From: Nitrospiraceae bacterium
Lineage (GTDB): Bacteria; Nitrospirota; Nitrospiria; Nitrospirales; Nitrospiraceae
Length of the DNA stretch: 64,000 nucleotides
Reading direction: 5' to 3'
NCBI GenBank assembly: GCA_050246315.1
Contig: JBFWWG010000012.1
Location: 54,543 to 118,542, forward strand
Shown: piece by piece, positions 21,001 through 29,396 of the stretch
Position numbering within the stretch: the first letter of the stretch is position 1
How the letters are laid out: every line of letters starts with the position of its first letter
Notes under the pieces: generated by a model
Seen by the model: the letters and a program-made list of their open reading frames with translations, nothing else
What the model was told of the DNA's origin: nothing
Database searches by the model: none
Made by a program: the position numbers and the translations under genes

Positions 21001-24000
21001 GTCCCCACTATCAGAAAGGATCCCTGTCGATCTTGTCCCAACCGGAGCAAATCGATCGTGATGCCGCTGCCAAACTCAATGACATTGCCACCGGAGACAT
21101 CAAAGACTTGATCCTCGCCATCGCCGAGGTTGAACCGATACCGATCGGCTCCATCCCCGCCAAGGACGGCATCATTGCCGGCCCCCCCTTCGAGCCGATC
21201 GGCGCCGGCCCCACCGTCTAACGTATCGGCCCCCTCGTCGCCGAACAATTGATCCTCGTCCTCGTCGCCATACAACGTGTCATTTCCCGTTCCACCGGTG
21301 AGCACGTCTCGATCGAGACCGCCGACCAACGTATCCTGTCCGTCCTCGCCAAAGAGTGTATCGTTCCCTTCTTGACCGAAGAGCCGGTCGTTGCCCGTAT
21401 CGCCCACGAGCAGGTCGTCGCCGAGGTTGCCCTGCAGCTCGTCGTCCCCGGCATTTCCAAAGAGTCGGTCGTTGCCATCTTGGCCGAAGAGCAGATCATT
21501 GCCGGTCCCGCCGTCCAACTCATCCGTACCGATCCCTCCATCCAATTGATCGTCGCCGTCCTCGCCGAACAGCCAATCATCGCCCGCCTCGCCGAACAGC
21601 AGATCGGCCCCCTCCTCTCCCACTAAGGCATCGGCCCCGTCCCCGCCGGCCAGTTGATCGTTGCCGGTCCCGCCGTAGAGGCTGTCATCGCCAGCGTCGC
21701 CGAACAACCGATCCTGCTCGCTGCCGCCGTCCAGCAGATCGTGACCGCCGCCCCCTTGCAATTCATCGCTCCCCGCGCCCCCATCGAGCGTGTCGTCAAA
21801 GCCCTGCGTAAGATTGTTGAGATAATCCCCCACCAAGAAATCATCGCCGTCACCTCCGAACAGCGCATCCTCGCCACCCCCGCCGATGAGTTCATCGTCC
21901 CCGAGCCCGCCGTCCAGCCAATCCTTGCCTTCTTGGATCACGCCGAGCTGAAGATCGTCTCCGGCCAGCACATCGACACCGGCTCCGCCAAGCAGCACAT
22001 CGCCGCCCGCATCGCCTTGGAGATAGTCGTCTCCCTCACCGCCGTCGAGATAGTCCGCACCACCCGTGACGCTATCAAAGGCCATACCACTTTGCGGCGT
22101 CACCACGCCCGGGTAGGCCAGTTCGAAGTTCGGCGCCGTAGCTGGCGCCTGATCGCCATACAGCCGGTCATTCTCGGTGCCTCCCACCAACACATCCTCC
22201 CCGAGCATCCCCATCAACCAGTCCGCGCCGGCTCCGCCGTCCAGATAATCGTTGCCTGTCGTGGTCGCTCCCAGCGCCAGAGATTCCCCGGAGAGTAGAT
22301 CGTTGCCGTCCTGCCCAAACAGCACATCGTCCCCGGAACCGCCATCGAGTCCGTCATCCCCGAGCCCGCCGGACAACGCATCCTGGCCGGTGCCTCCCTT
22401 GAGCAAATCAATGTCGTCCCCACCGTCCAGGACATCGTCGCCGCCGAACCCGCCCAGAACGAGATCCCGTCCACTCCCCCCGAACACCCGATCATGGCCG
22501 TTGCCCCCGCGCAGCTCATCGTGGCCGTCGCCCCCGAAGATCTGATGATGGAAGAGCATGCTCCCGCTTTCGAAGTTGAGAATGTCGTTGCCGCCATATC
22601 CGTAGGCTTCATGGTTTGCGGCAGCGGTGAAGATGGGCTGATTGTCCGTCGCGTCGCCGTCGTAGCGGATGGTCGCTTCACCGTTGTTGTAGTTGATAGT
22701 CGGGCCGGCGCTATCGACGAGGTTGCCTACATCGGCCAGCTTGATCCCCAACGCGCCATTGGCGAAATCGAAGCTCTCGATGATAAGCGCATTATTGATC
22801 ACGAGGTTCGCACCGGACTTCACGAAGGTAACCTGGCCGTCGGGACTCCGGTACGTATCGATAGGATCACCCTGCCGTCGAATCCCCCCGACCAGCGTCT
22901 GCCCATCGAAGACAATCGTGCCGATTCTGTCGGCATCGACGATGCGATCCAGTCCTTGGCCCGAATGATAGAAATAGGTATCGAGGCCGGTGCCGCCGTC
23001 GAGCCGATCATCGCCGAGTCCGCCATTGAGCCGGTCGTTCTCGGCTTCGCCAAACAGTTGATCGTCGCCCTGCTGGCCCAAGAGAATATCGTTCTCGCTG
23101 CCACCGTAGAGTTCGTCACTCCCCGCGTTGCCTTCGAGATAATCTTGCCCACCTTGCCCGATCAGAAGATCGTCGCCGGCTCCACCATAGAGATGATCCC
23201 CGCCGGCATGGCCCGTGAGATCGCGGTTGTCCTGGGCATCGCCGAAGATCACCTCGTTCGCAGAGGCGACGCTACCCAGTTCCAATCCGGTCTGTTTGTC
23301 CACGTAATGCGTGTCGGTTGGAACCGTGTCGCCATCGTTGATATTCACCGCCAATCGCTTGGCCAGTAGCTCCGCTCGATCGCTCAAGGCATTCAAGGTC
23401 CAGGCGCCTTGCCCCGTCACCGTATCGTAGAGGTCCAGCGAGCCGTCTTGACTGTGCATGGCCTGATAGTCCACGCCGCGCACAACGAACGGATTGAGTT
23501 CTTTGAGTGCATATCGATACGCCAGGCCATCGGCAGTTGAGGCTTTGGCTTGGCTATACACCATACTATTGGAAACTCCGGCAAGACTGTCGAGACGATA
23601 GGAACTGACTGACGGCAGGTTGTCTCGGAAGGCGAAGAGATTGGTGTAGTAGGCGTCGCGATCACCCACTGGTGTTGTGGTTTGATTAGGTCCCAGGACC
23701 ACCTTCCGGAGGGCGTCGAGGCCATTTTCTAGGCTATTGACCGCTGTTGCGGAGGCAGCATTGAGGATGGTTGTCACACTGGAGACAGACAGGCTCGGGT
23801 CGATGCGTGCGAACACATCGTACAAAGCCAACGCATCAACAAGAGACCGGGCGCTATGATTGGTCAGCGGGTTCAGACTCGTCTCGATAAATGCATGTTC
23901 TACCTCTCCGAGTTGGCGGCCCTGACTGGAGACAAAAGAGGGGCCCTCCGCAATGAGGTTCGTAATCAAATGGTTGTCTATGGAAGCACCGGCCACGCCA

Positions 24001-24521
24001 AGAGAACCAAACGGATTGACCAGCACCCCACCGAACCCGGGAGCATTGTAGGTATAGGTATGGGATACGTTCAGTGGATGGTCGACGGTAAAGGCTTGAG
24101 CAAGATAACCACCCAGCGAATGTCCGGTGATAGTGAGATTGTCCGTGGGTAACAGCTTGCCCTCGGTGGTGAGTTGCAAATAGAAATTCTTCAACGAGAC
24201 ATATTGATCGGCTAGACCAAATAGGCCGATCTGGAGATCTGAAAGGAGGAGGTCTACGACGTCGTTCGTCCCGCGGATTGCCAGAACCTTTTCGTTCGTG
24301 CCGATCCGCTGAAACAACGTCGCCGCAAATCCCGTCGTAACGTCGTTGAAGGTGCTGACAATCGAGTATCGATTTGCAAACTCGGCTGCCTCAAGCGAGG
24401 CAAAGCCCCGCTCCTTCAACTCTTGGATATAGTCCGGCAAAGGCATTCCCACAAACAGCTCGGCATAGGCCGCATCCGCAAGTTGGGCCTGATCGTAATA
24501 CGTACGGATTAAACCGCTCAT
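15042..24521 (-). CDS. 3159-aa RTX exoprotein with an N-terminal lipase (alpha/beta-hydrolase) domain
   Basis: AIRGT, TGHSLGG nucleophile elbow and YNAPG in the first ~170 aa. Many GGxGxDxLx repeats follow. C-terminal QLIQAMAGF...LAASWS resembles a T1SS signal. Adjacent to hlyB/hlyD. Confidence 0.93.
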   Translation of the reverse strand: MSGLIRTYYDQAQLADAAYAELFVGMPLPDYIQELKERGFASLEAAEFANRYSIVSTFNDVTTGFAATLFQRIGTNEKVLAIRGTNDVVDLLLSDLQIGLFGLADQYVSLKNFYLQLTTEGKLLPTDNLTITGHSLGGYLAQAFTVDHPLNVSHTYTYNAPGFGGVLVNPFGSLGVAGASIDNHLITNLIAEGPSFVSSQGRQLGEVEHAFIETSLNPLTNHSARSLVDALALYDVFARIDPSLSVSSVTTILNAASATAVNSLENGLDALRKVVLGPNQTTTPVGDRDAYYTNLFAFRDNLPSVSSYRLDSLAGVSNSMVYSQAKASTADGLAYRYALKELNPFVVRGVDYQAMHSQDGSLDLYDTVTGQGAWTLNALSDRAELLAKRLAVNINDGDTVPTDTHYVDKQTGLELGSVASANEVIFGDAQDNRDLTGHAGGDHLYGGAGDDLLIGQGGQDYLEGNAGSDELYGGSENDILLGQQGDDQLFGEAENDRLNGGLGDDRLDGGTGLDTYFYHSGQGLDRIVDADRIGTIVFDGQTLVGGIRRQGDPIDTYRSPDGQVTFVKSGANLVINNALIIESFDFANGALGIKLADVGNLVDSAGPTINYNNGEATIRYDGDATDNQPIFTAAANHEAYGYGGNDILNFESGSMLFHHQIFGGDGHDELRGGNGHDRVFGGSGRDLVLGGFGGDDVLDGGDDIDLLKGGTGQDALSGGLGDDGLDGGSGDDVLFGQDGNDLLSGESLALGATTTGNDYLDGGAGADWLMGMLGEDVLVGGTENDRLYGDQAPATAPNFELAYPGVVTPQSGMAFDSVTGGADYLDGGEGDDYLQGDAGGDVLLGGAGVDVLAGDDLQLGVIQEGKDWLDGGLGDDELIGGGGEDALFGGDGDDFLVGDYLNNLTQGFDDTLDGGAGSDELQGGGGHDLLDGGSEQDRLFGDAGDDSLYGGTGNDQLAGGDGADALVGEEGADLLFGEAGDDWLFGEDGDDQLDGGIGTDELDGGTGNDLLFGQDGNDRLFGNAGDDELQGNLGDDLLVGDTGNDRLFGQEGNDTLFGEDGQDTLVGGLDRDVLTGGTGNDTLYGDEDEDQLFGDEGADTLDGGAGADRLEGGAGNDAVLGGDGADRYRFNLGDGEDQVFDVSGGNVIEFGSGITIDLLRLGQDRQGSFLIVGTPDDRIRHNGNAFDQAVFADGTTIAWTALLAQLQTKGVLTLGGPGNEEMIGSDLADEMQAGDGHDQLSGLAGDDILRAESGNDTLYGGLGHDRLEGGEGNDSLRGEDGDDLLIGGRGEDFLDGGPGHDTYLHMQGDGRDVIADTAVAGAGNVLRFGPGISSQSVRLGVDGSNLTVQTGVPGEDIVLANARRTNPTGAHDIETFQFADGTTLTYAELVARGFTLVGTSGSDNLFGTALPDRLQGGAGDDQLVGMAGHDQYVFNLGDGIDTITDSTTAGEGNEMVFGPGITPGMLRLGFLRNDSILTIRVGTGGDELRLSGFNPDDVFGLHAVETFRFSDGTVLSYNQLIARGFEVAGTPGADTLAGTNGADRMVGGAENDVLQGKDGDDVYVFNRGDGWDRVLDRAGMADAIHFGTDVLPSDVAVRRQGRDLVLSINGTTDRLTLSEFFLASTFQIEQVHFADGTVWDTADLEAATQTRLAGTVADDVVVGGTGVDILTGLSGNDELRGLDGDDVLDGGTGDDRLIGGTGDDQYLVDAPGDTIVELPGEGIDSVFSAVSHALAPNLERLTLTGTGAVDGTGNDLDNVLIGNAAANVLAGGQGNDTYLIGEGDTVVELPGAGTDTVQTTATATLGAHIENLVLCGTGSINGTGNELDNVLSGNGSVNILAGRAGNDTYIVKGFEQIVEEAGQGIDTVESARTYRLGANLENLVLRDSDLSLLEIQGVESPTVDGFGNGLDNTLVGNRGVNRLDGGAGMDTLIGGAGDDLYVVDHSGDVVIERIAEGYDTVESSASFQLSDHLERLVLTGIADIAGLGNGLDNILIGNSGANLMDGGGGNDLLDGGSGNDTYRFGIGSGLDQISDFTGSETIQLGDGIAPGDIRVLSNSNEILAIPNNLVLAIGSTGDKLRVVGYFDQAAPPIVRFQDGTTWEKTTVVGLWKAAFSPFDTTDWRHLTQRREAPASIVGTSGDETLIGTAVPDRFVSAVGADTLIGGTGDDVYRIDSVGDDTVVEQPGEGFDTVTGDVPSVYTLPTHVEALRAASSNFQLIGNELDNVLVENGGASTIDGGAGNDVLVGGYVRASSVAFDESQSDMLIGGAGDDILAPIGGTVRFMSGQEAILPVSNPSSILADDVLVGGAGDDTYVIYNSGEIIAEQTDGGIDTVRSSVSYELPDHVENLQLTTWGLPPGDGPAMTGTGNALDNLLIGSRNADVLSGGAGDDTLAGGSLRPSLSINEALAESMSDDGVNDLLIGGTGNDTYAVMGLASDTGLPDTIVEAAGEGIDTVASAVSYVLGDHLENLTLIGEGPSTGTGNALNNVLVGNQAANVLAGKQGNDRMLGGAGHDTYLFNAGDGIDTIDDRAVPGDGNVIQFGAGISRADLTLVQSSGLLTIQIGTNGDALRLVNFDPNDLNGSLVVETLAFADGTTVRVADLLGPRATDSDDLLEGGLADDEIEALDGNDVVDAGAGNDRIAGGTGNDTLTGGPGDDTYLFNLGDGVDTITDQALPGEGNSLQFGAGITPADLSLGLGSLVIRVGAGGDAIHLTSFDPADVFGPRAIETFRFADGTVLTYQDLLARGFDFVGTANDDALTGTDTTDRLMGLAGNDNMQSGGGDDLLDGGVGADRMAGGVGHDTYSVDDPGDVVTEMAGEGLDTVQSLVSYSLGANVENLTLAGTADLTGTGNELDNLLVGNSGRNRLTGGTGNDTYVVGMGDTVIESAGGGIDTIQTNVTWTLGSNLENLTLTGTGNINGHGNSLNNLIIGNAGMNWLDGGSGQDRLEGGEGHDLLLGGSGHDQLLGGLGNDALTAGSGHDLLDGGDGTDMLDGGSGDDQLSGGADDDLLLAGSGADQLAGGTGNDLLIGGSGHDDYLFARGDGQDRLIEDGGSGQDTVRFGATIDPLDLVLSRQADDLRIALYGTSDQITIHNWYDGTSNQTELIVAGNGQQLLNNQVDQLIQAMAGFTSQTGLSWEAAVAQRPEDVQAILAASWS

Positions 24522-24533
24522 TCTAACTTCCTC

Positions 24534-25064
24534 CTATTGCTCGCTTGCATTTTGGCGAACGACCTGACGCCACAGGGTGCCGTAGAGATCACGACCAAAT
24601 TGCGGACAAGGATCCGGGGCAGCTTCAATCAAGATCGTCGTATGCAACCAACCACCGAAGTAAGAGAATCCTGTTGCCATACCCAAATGTTCTCCGTTTT
24701 CTTTATCAATGAGGACGCCTTGATGTTTTGTCATATGAAACACTCTCGAAAAGGCGCGGTCCATTGTCGTTTGCCAGTCGAGCCGTTCGAGTAGCAATTT
24801 CTTCTCATCCAGTCGTCCGTCAGGCATGAAATATGTCTTGTCCACCTCAATAGTCTTGAAGACTTCTACCCCTCCCTCTTTCTGGCAAATGTATTGATGG
24901 TACAGCCGTCCAGGAATGATGTCCCACGTGGGGATCAATACAAAGATCGCGATGGTTGCGTATTTTGCAAGCTTGCTCTGCGTACGCACTTCCATTCGCT
25001 GGGCCATATACCGCGCAAGCCCGACATAAAGCCCGCAGAGGAGAAGAACCGCTAAGCCAAACAT
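24534..25064 (-). CDS. Membrane-anchored putative immunity protein, cassette A (cognate to the full-length RTX lipase)
   Basis: Two N-terminal hydrophobic helices, then WDIIPGRLYHQYICQKEGGVEVFKTIEV and a distal Cys. Ends 12 nt before the RTX ATG. Immunity role inferred from position. Confidence 0.75.
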   Translation of the reverse strand: MFGLAVLLLCGLYVGLARYMAQRMEVRTQSKLAKYATIAIFVLIPTWDIIPGRLYHQYICQKEGGVEVFKTIEVDKTYFMPDGRLDEKKLLLERLDWQTTMDRAFSRVFHMTKHQGVLIDKENGEHLGMATGFSYFGGWLHTTILIEAAPDPCPQFGRDLYGTLWRQVVRQNASEQ

Positions 25065-25154
25065 CCACGCCGCCTTTCGCTTGTGGTGATTGCCAAGTCG
25101 CCGTTGCCTAAGGTCATCACCCTTACCGGCATACCTATGGGCGTTCAGAGAGGG

Positions 25155-25805
25155 CGTTCCGGACATCTTCCCAATGATTTCATCGCGAAGCGTCCGTGTC
25201 CCAAGTACCGCGGCCTGACCCCACCCGCAAGCCGCGGCATCCTAGGTGATTGCCCGATTGAAATGCGATTCTTCAGAGGAGGAGTGGGCTCCCCTACTGG
25301 TAGGTGCCCTGCGCGTCGCGAAGGACGACTCGCATCGAACCGCCGGGCATTGCTGATTGAGACTGATTGTCTCGGGATCGGGAGGACTTGTCGAGGATTT
25401 CCGCCGAGATGGACGGCGCGCACCACGACCATCACGAAAATGGGACCATTGCTACTTTGAATCGTGATCAGCCTCCAATCACTTCGCCAACTCGAACGGC
25501 CTGTCCAGATACGGCCCCCACCCAGGGTTGTGCGACAGTCTTTTGCCTGCCAAGACCAACTTGGACGAGCCGAAGAACGCGCCTGCAATTGAGAAGAAGC
25601 ACCGGCGGTCCTCGCGGAGCATCCCAGAAGTCCGTTCGTGGTGAGCCTGTTGAACCGTGAAGGGAACTGCTTCAGCCCGGGCGCTCTTCGAGCGGCTCAG
25701 GACGAATGGATTATCACAGGAACTTAAAGGACACTACTACGGTGGCTGAGTCTGAAGGGCGGCCAGCCGGACGGGCTCGACAGCCGAGTATCAAGTCAAG
25801 CAACG
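25155..25805 (-). repeat. Repeated leader, copy A (651 bp)
   Basis: Near-identical to 28571-29221 (offset 3416) and similar to 27108-27680. Confidence 0.95.
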
Positions 25806-26086
25806 CCCCCTAAGCAGGTATCGAAGATCAGCGTCGCCGAGAACCCTGTCGCATCGTTGGCGTGATGATCGAGGATTTGGTAGCGCTGGATGAATTGCTG
25901 CGCTTGAAGAGCGGTGAAACGAGTCTTACCCATGAACTGGTCAAGGGGAACTACACGGCGGTCATTATTGCCGTCTATAAGGACTTGTTGAAGTGTACTA
26001 CCCTGCACCACAAACTGATCAAGATAAGACTCCGCTGCCGTTTGTTGAAGAGCAAAATCGAGCCAAGTCTTGATGCTAGTTGCCAT
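25796..26086 (-). pseudogene. Truncated RTX/lipase 5' end, cassette B
   Basis: MATSIKTWLDFALQQTAAESYL...RYQILDHHANDATGFSATLIFDT then CLGGVA*. Shares the ND.(T)TGF.ATL motif with the intact RTX. The stop lies inside leader A. Confidence 0.8.
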
Positions 26087-27047
26087 CTTTCTGCTCCTTC
26101 ACGTCGAATGGAAAAGGTTTCAGAACTTTTTGTATAAATTTGAAAGTATGGTTGGTTCCTCGATTTGGACAACTAGGCCCTGTCAACCACCAGACACCCG
26201 TCATGTTGTTGCGAACTAAGCCGGTTCGCATATACCCACGGCGGACGGCCAGTACCTCGTTCGTCTTGAGATCAAGAACGATGAGCTCACCGCCAGCAAT
26301 TCCCAATGTCCTCTCATGTGGCCGATTGATTCCCCGCCACGTGTAACCATATCGGCTCTTGATCTCTGACACGGTCGCTTCTGCAACAACATAAGGAACA
26401 AACACTCCTTGCTCGTTTATTGCCGTCTGATATTTTCTTCCCGGGTGTGCGTTCTCGTCTCGGAAGTACCGTCGATATCGTTCAGCCTCACCAGATGATC
26501 CTGATAAGGGCACCTCCAAGAACTGATACTTGCCGGTAGCTGGTTGAACATATGTATCCTGCACAAGATAGGATTCATCTGTTGTGTGGCCATAGGGGTC
26601 TTCTAGAGCATACAGATGACTCAGTTCATCATCCGTGGCTTCCTTCCTCGGCCGCATCATGTACAGCCCTTCCACATTCTCTACGGTCTTGTAGATAAAC
26701 TCCCCGGCTTCGGCCTTGCAGAGATGTTCGAAATACTGCTCGGGTGTCATGCCCGGCTTGTACCCGCTGTCTGCCGGCACTGGATTGGGAATCTTGAGTG
26801 AGTGCGCGAACCGACCTTCTTCGGTCGCCAGCGGATCGGCGGGTTGAAGCTTCGTGATGTCGCACCGGTGGTTGGCGGGTTTGATCTTATGCGTGGCACA
26901 GTATTCAGCTTCTCGTTTGATCGCTTTCCGAAATCGCTCGCCGGGTGTCTCGTCCTGCGACAGCAACCCGGCGATGGCATACGAGGCACTCAACAGCCCA
27001 ATCACGAAGACCATCATGCTGCGGCCTCCCTTCATTTCGATGCTCAT
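26076..27047 (-). CDS. Exported putative immunity protein of a second type, cassette B
   Basis: SD TAAGGAGG and a signal peptide; LCKAEAGEFIYKTVENVEG, SRYGYTW, W....SCP. The stop overlaps the stub start. The C..E.G...YKT.E motif echoes the A/C proteins. Confidence 0.75.
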   Translation of the reverse strand: MSIEMKGGRSMMVFVIGLLSASYAIAGLLSQDETPGERFRKAIKREAEYCATHKIKPANHRCDITKLQPADPLATEEGRFAHSLKIPNPVPADSGYKPGMTPEQYFEHLCKAEAGEFIYKTVENVEGLYMMRPRKEATDDELSHLYALEDPYGHTTDESYLVQDTYVQPATGKYQFLEVPLSGSSGEAERYRRYFRDENAHPGRKYQTAINEQGVFVPYVVAEATVSEIKSRYGYTWRGINRPHERTLGIAGGELIVLDLKTNEVLAVRRGYMRTGLVRNNMTGVWWLTGPSCPNRGTNHTFKFIQKVLKPFPFDVKEQKDGN

Positions 27048-27107
27048 CCCATCCTCCTTAGCTCCATGGCCTTCTCCACCCGGAGCCGCAGGCGGACTCA
27101 CATCCGC

Positions 27108-27680
27108 AGCCGCGGCATCCTAGGTGCTTGCCCGATTGAAATGCGATTCTTCAGAGGAGGAGTGGGCTCCCCTACTGGTAGGTGCCCTGCGCGTCGCGAA
27201 GGACCGTTATCCTTCAGCCGCCGAACATTGTTGATTGAGGCTGATTGTCTCGGGATCAGAAGGACTTGTCGAGGAGTTCCGCCGAGATGGACGGCGCGCA
27301 CCACGACCATCACGAAAATGGGACCATTGCTACTTTGAATCGTGATCAGGCTCCATTCACTTCGCCAACTCGAACGGCCTGTCCAGATACGGCCCCCACC
27401 CAGGGTTGTGCGACAGTCTTTTGCCTGCCAAGACCAACTTGGACGAGCCGAAGAACGCGCCTGCAATTGAGAAGAAGCAACGGCGGTCCTCGCGGAGCAT
27501 GCCAGAAGTCCGTTCGTGGTGAGCCTGTCGAACCATGAACGGAACTCCTTGAGCTCGGGCGCTCTTCGAGCGGCTCAGGACGAATGGATTATCACAGGAA
27601 CTTAGAGGACAGTACTGCGGTGGCTGAGTCTGAACGGCCAGCCGGACGGGCTCGACAGCCGAGTATCCAGTCAAGCAACG
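27108..27680 (-). repeat. Repeated leader, copy B (573 bp, more diverged)
   Basis: Colinear with 25230-25805, with scattered substitutions. Confidence 0.95.
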
Positions 27681-27684
27681 ACCC

Positions 27685-27939
27685 TCAAGCAACGTCATGA
27701 CCCTCAAGCAACATCCTGCCGTTCCGTTGGAACAACGTCGCGGCAAATCCCGTCGTAACGTCGTTGAAGGTGCTGACAATCGAGTATCGATTTGCAAACT
27801 CGGTTGCCTCAAGCGAGGTAAAGCCCCTGTCTGTTAAGGCTCGGACATAAATATCTTCAAGCATACCCACGGCCAAATTGGCATATGCCGCATCGGACAA
27901 TTCGGCGTGCTCATAATACGTGCGGATTGCCTCGTTCAT
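27685..27939 (-). pseudogene. Truncated RTX/lipase 5' end, cassette C
   Basis: MNEAIRTYYEHAELSDAAY...NRYSIVSTFNDVTTGFAATLFQR then NGRMLLEGHDVA*. Bases 27731-27827 match 24313-24409 of the intact gene with 3 mismatches. Confidence 0.9.
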
Positions 27940-27940
27940 T

Positions 27941-28480
27941 TCAGGTACCTCCAGAATTCGTTTCTGTCTTGGGACGAAAGACCTCCTGCCAAATCTTCTC
28001 ATAGGGATCAGGGCTGAACTGCGGACAAGGATCTGGCGCAGCCTCACTTAGGATTGTCGTATGGAGCCAGCCGCCGAAGTAGGAGAACTGTGTCGCTGTC
28101 CCCAATTTATCTCCGGTTTGCCTATCAAGAATGGAAAGTTGATGCTTCGTGATACGGAATACTTTCGAAAATCCTCGAACTATGCTTGTTTGCCTATCGA
28201 AGCGCTTTTGAAGTTCTTTTTCATCCAGTCGTCCGTCAGGCATGAAATACGTCTTGTCCACCTCAATAGTCTTGAAGACTTCTACCCCTCCCTCTTTCTG
28301 GCAAATGTATTGATGGTACAGCCGTCCAGGAATGATGTCCCACGTGGGGATCAATACAAACATCGCGATGGTTGCGTATTTGCCAAGCTTGCTCTGCGTA
28401 CGCACTTCCATTCGCTGGGCCATATACCGCGCAAGCCCGACATAAAGCCCGCAGAGGAGAAGAACCGCTAAGCCAAACAT
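27941..28480 (-). CDS. Putative immunity protein, cassette C (paralog of 24534-25064)
   Basis: N-terminal half nearly identical to the cassette A protein; C-terminal half diverged. Confidence 0.8.
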   Translation of the reverse strand: MFGLAVLLLCGLYVGLARYMAQRMEVRTQSKLGKYATIAMFVLIPTWDIIPGRLYHQYICQKEGGVEVFKTIEVDKTYFMPDGRLDEKELQKRFDRQTSIVRGFSKVFRITKHQLSILDRQTGDKLGTATQFSYFGGWLHTTILSEAAPDPCPQFSPDPYEKIWQEVFRPKTETNSGGT

Positions 28481-28570
28481 CCACGCCGCCTTTCGCTTGT
28501 GGTGCTAGCCAAGTTGTAATTACCTAATCTCATTGCTCCTGGTTACATACCTATGGACTCTTCGAGATGA

Positions 28571-29221
28571 CGTTCCGGACATCTTCCCAATGATTTCATC
28601 GCGAAGCGTCCGTGTCCCAAGTACCGCGGCCTGACCCCACCCGCAAGCCGCGGCATTCGAGGTGCTTGCCCGATTGAAATGCGATTCTTCAGAGGAGGAG
28701 TGGGCTCCCCTACTGGTAGGTGCCCTGCGCGTCGCGAAGGACGACTCGCATCGAACCGCCGGGCATTGCTGATTGAGACTGATTGTCTCGGGATCGGGAG
28801 GACTTGTCGAGGATTTCCGCCGAGATGGACGGCGCGCACCACGACCATCACGAAAATGGGACCATTGCTACTTTGAATCGTGATCAGCCTCCAATCACTT
28901 CGCCAACTCGAACGGCCTGTCCAGATACGGCCCCCACCCAGGGTTGTGCGACAGTCTTTTGCCTGCCAAGACCAACTTGGACGAGCCGAAGAACGCGCCT
29001 GCAATTGAGAAGAAGCACCGGCGGTCCTCGCGGAGCATCCCAGAAGTCCGTTCGTGGTGAGCCTGTTGAACCGTGAAGGGAACTGCTTCAGCCCGGGCGC
29101 TCTTCGAGCGGCTCAGGACGAATGGATTATCACAGGAACTTAAAGGACACTACTACGGTGGCTGAGTCTGAAGGGCGGCCAGCCGGACGGGCTCGACAGC
29201 CGAGCATCCAGTCAAGCAACG
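28571..29221 (-). repeat. Repeated leader, copy C (651 bp)
   Basis: Near-identical to copy A. Confidence 0.95.
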
Positions 29222-29396
29222 ACCACAAGGCCTCGACTCCACCGGCTTGGGCAGGGTATCAGCCAACCGCGACATCCGGGGTCACTGGATTGGCCTGATC
29301 AGCCTGTGAATCAGAAAGGAAAGTGCGGGCTGGACGCAGATTGCCTACGCTGCAAGCTGGCGAGAGCCGACAGCGCCGCTCGCTCACGTGATCCCG

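Noticed and set aside
15400..24200. Many long plus-strand ORFs opposite the RTX gene
   Set aside because: Antisense shadows of a GC-rich repetitive gene.
25205..25265. CCGCGGC...GCCGCGG stem followed by ATTGAAAT, resembling a type I-G CRISPR repeat
   Set aside because: Spacing is too long, there is one copy per leader, and there are no spacers.
25145..29076. ORFs MQARSSARP... (147/122/153 aa) and MSRD... (97 aa) inside the repeated leader
   Set aside because: Lengths differ between copies, many B-vs-A differences change the amino acid, and there is no recognizable domain. They are best explained as by-products of the repeat.
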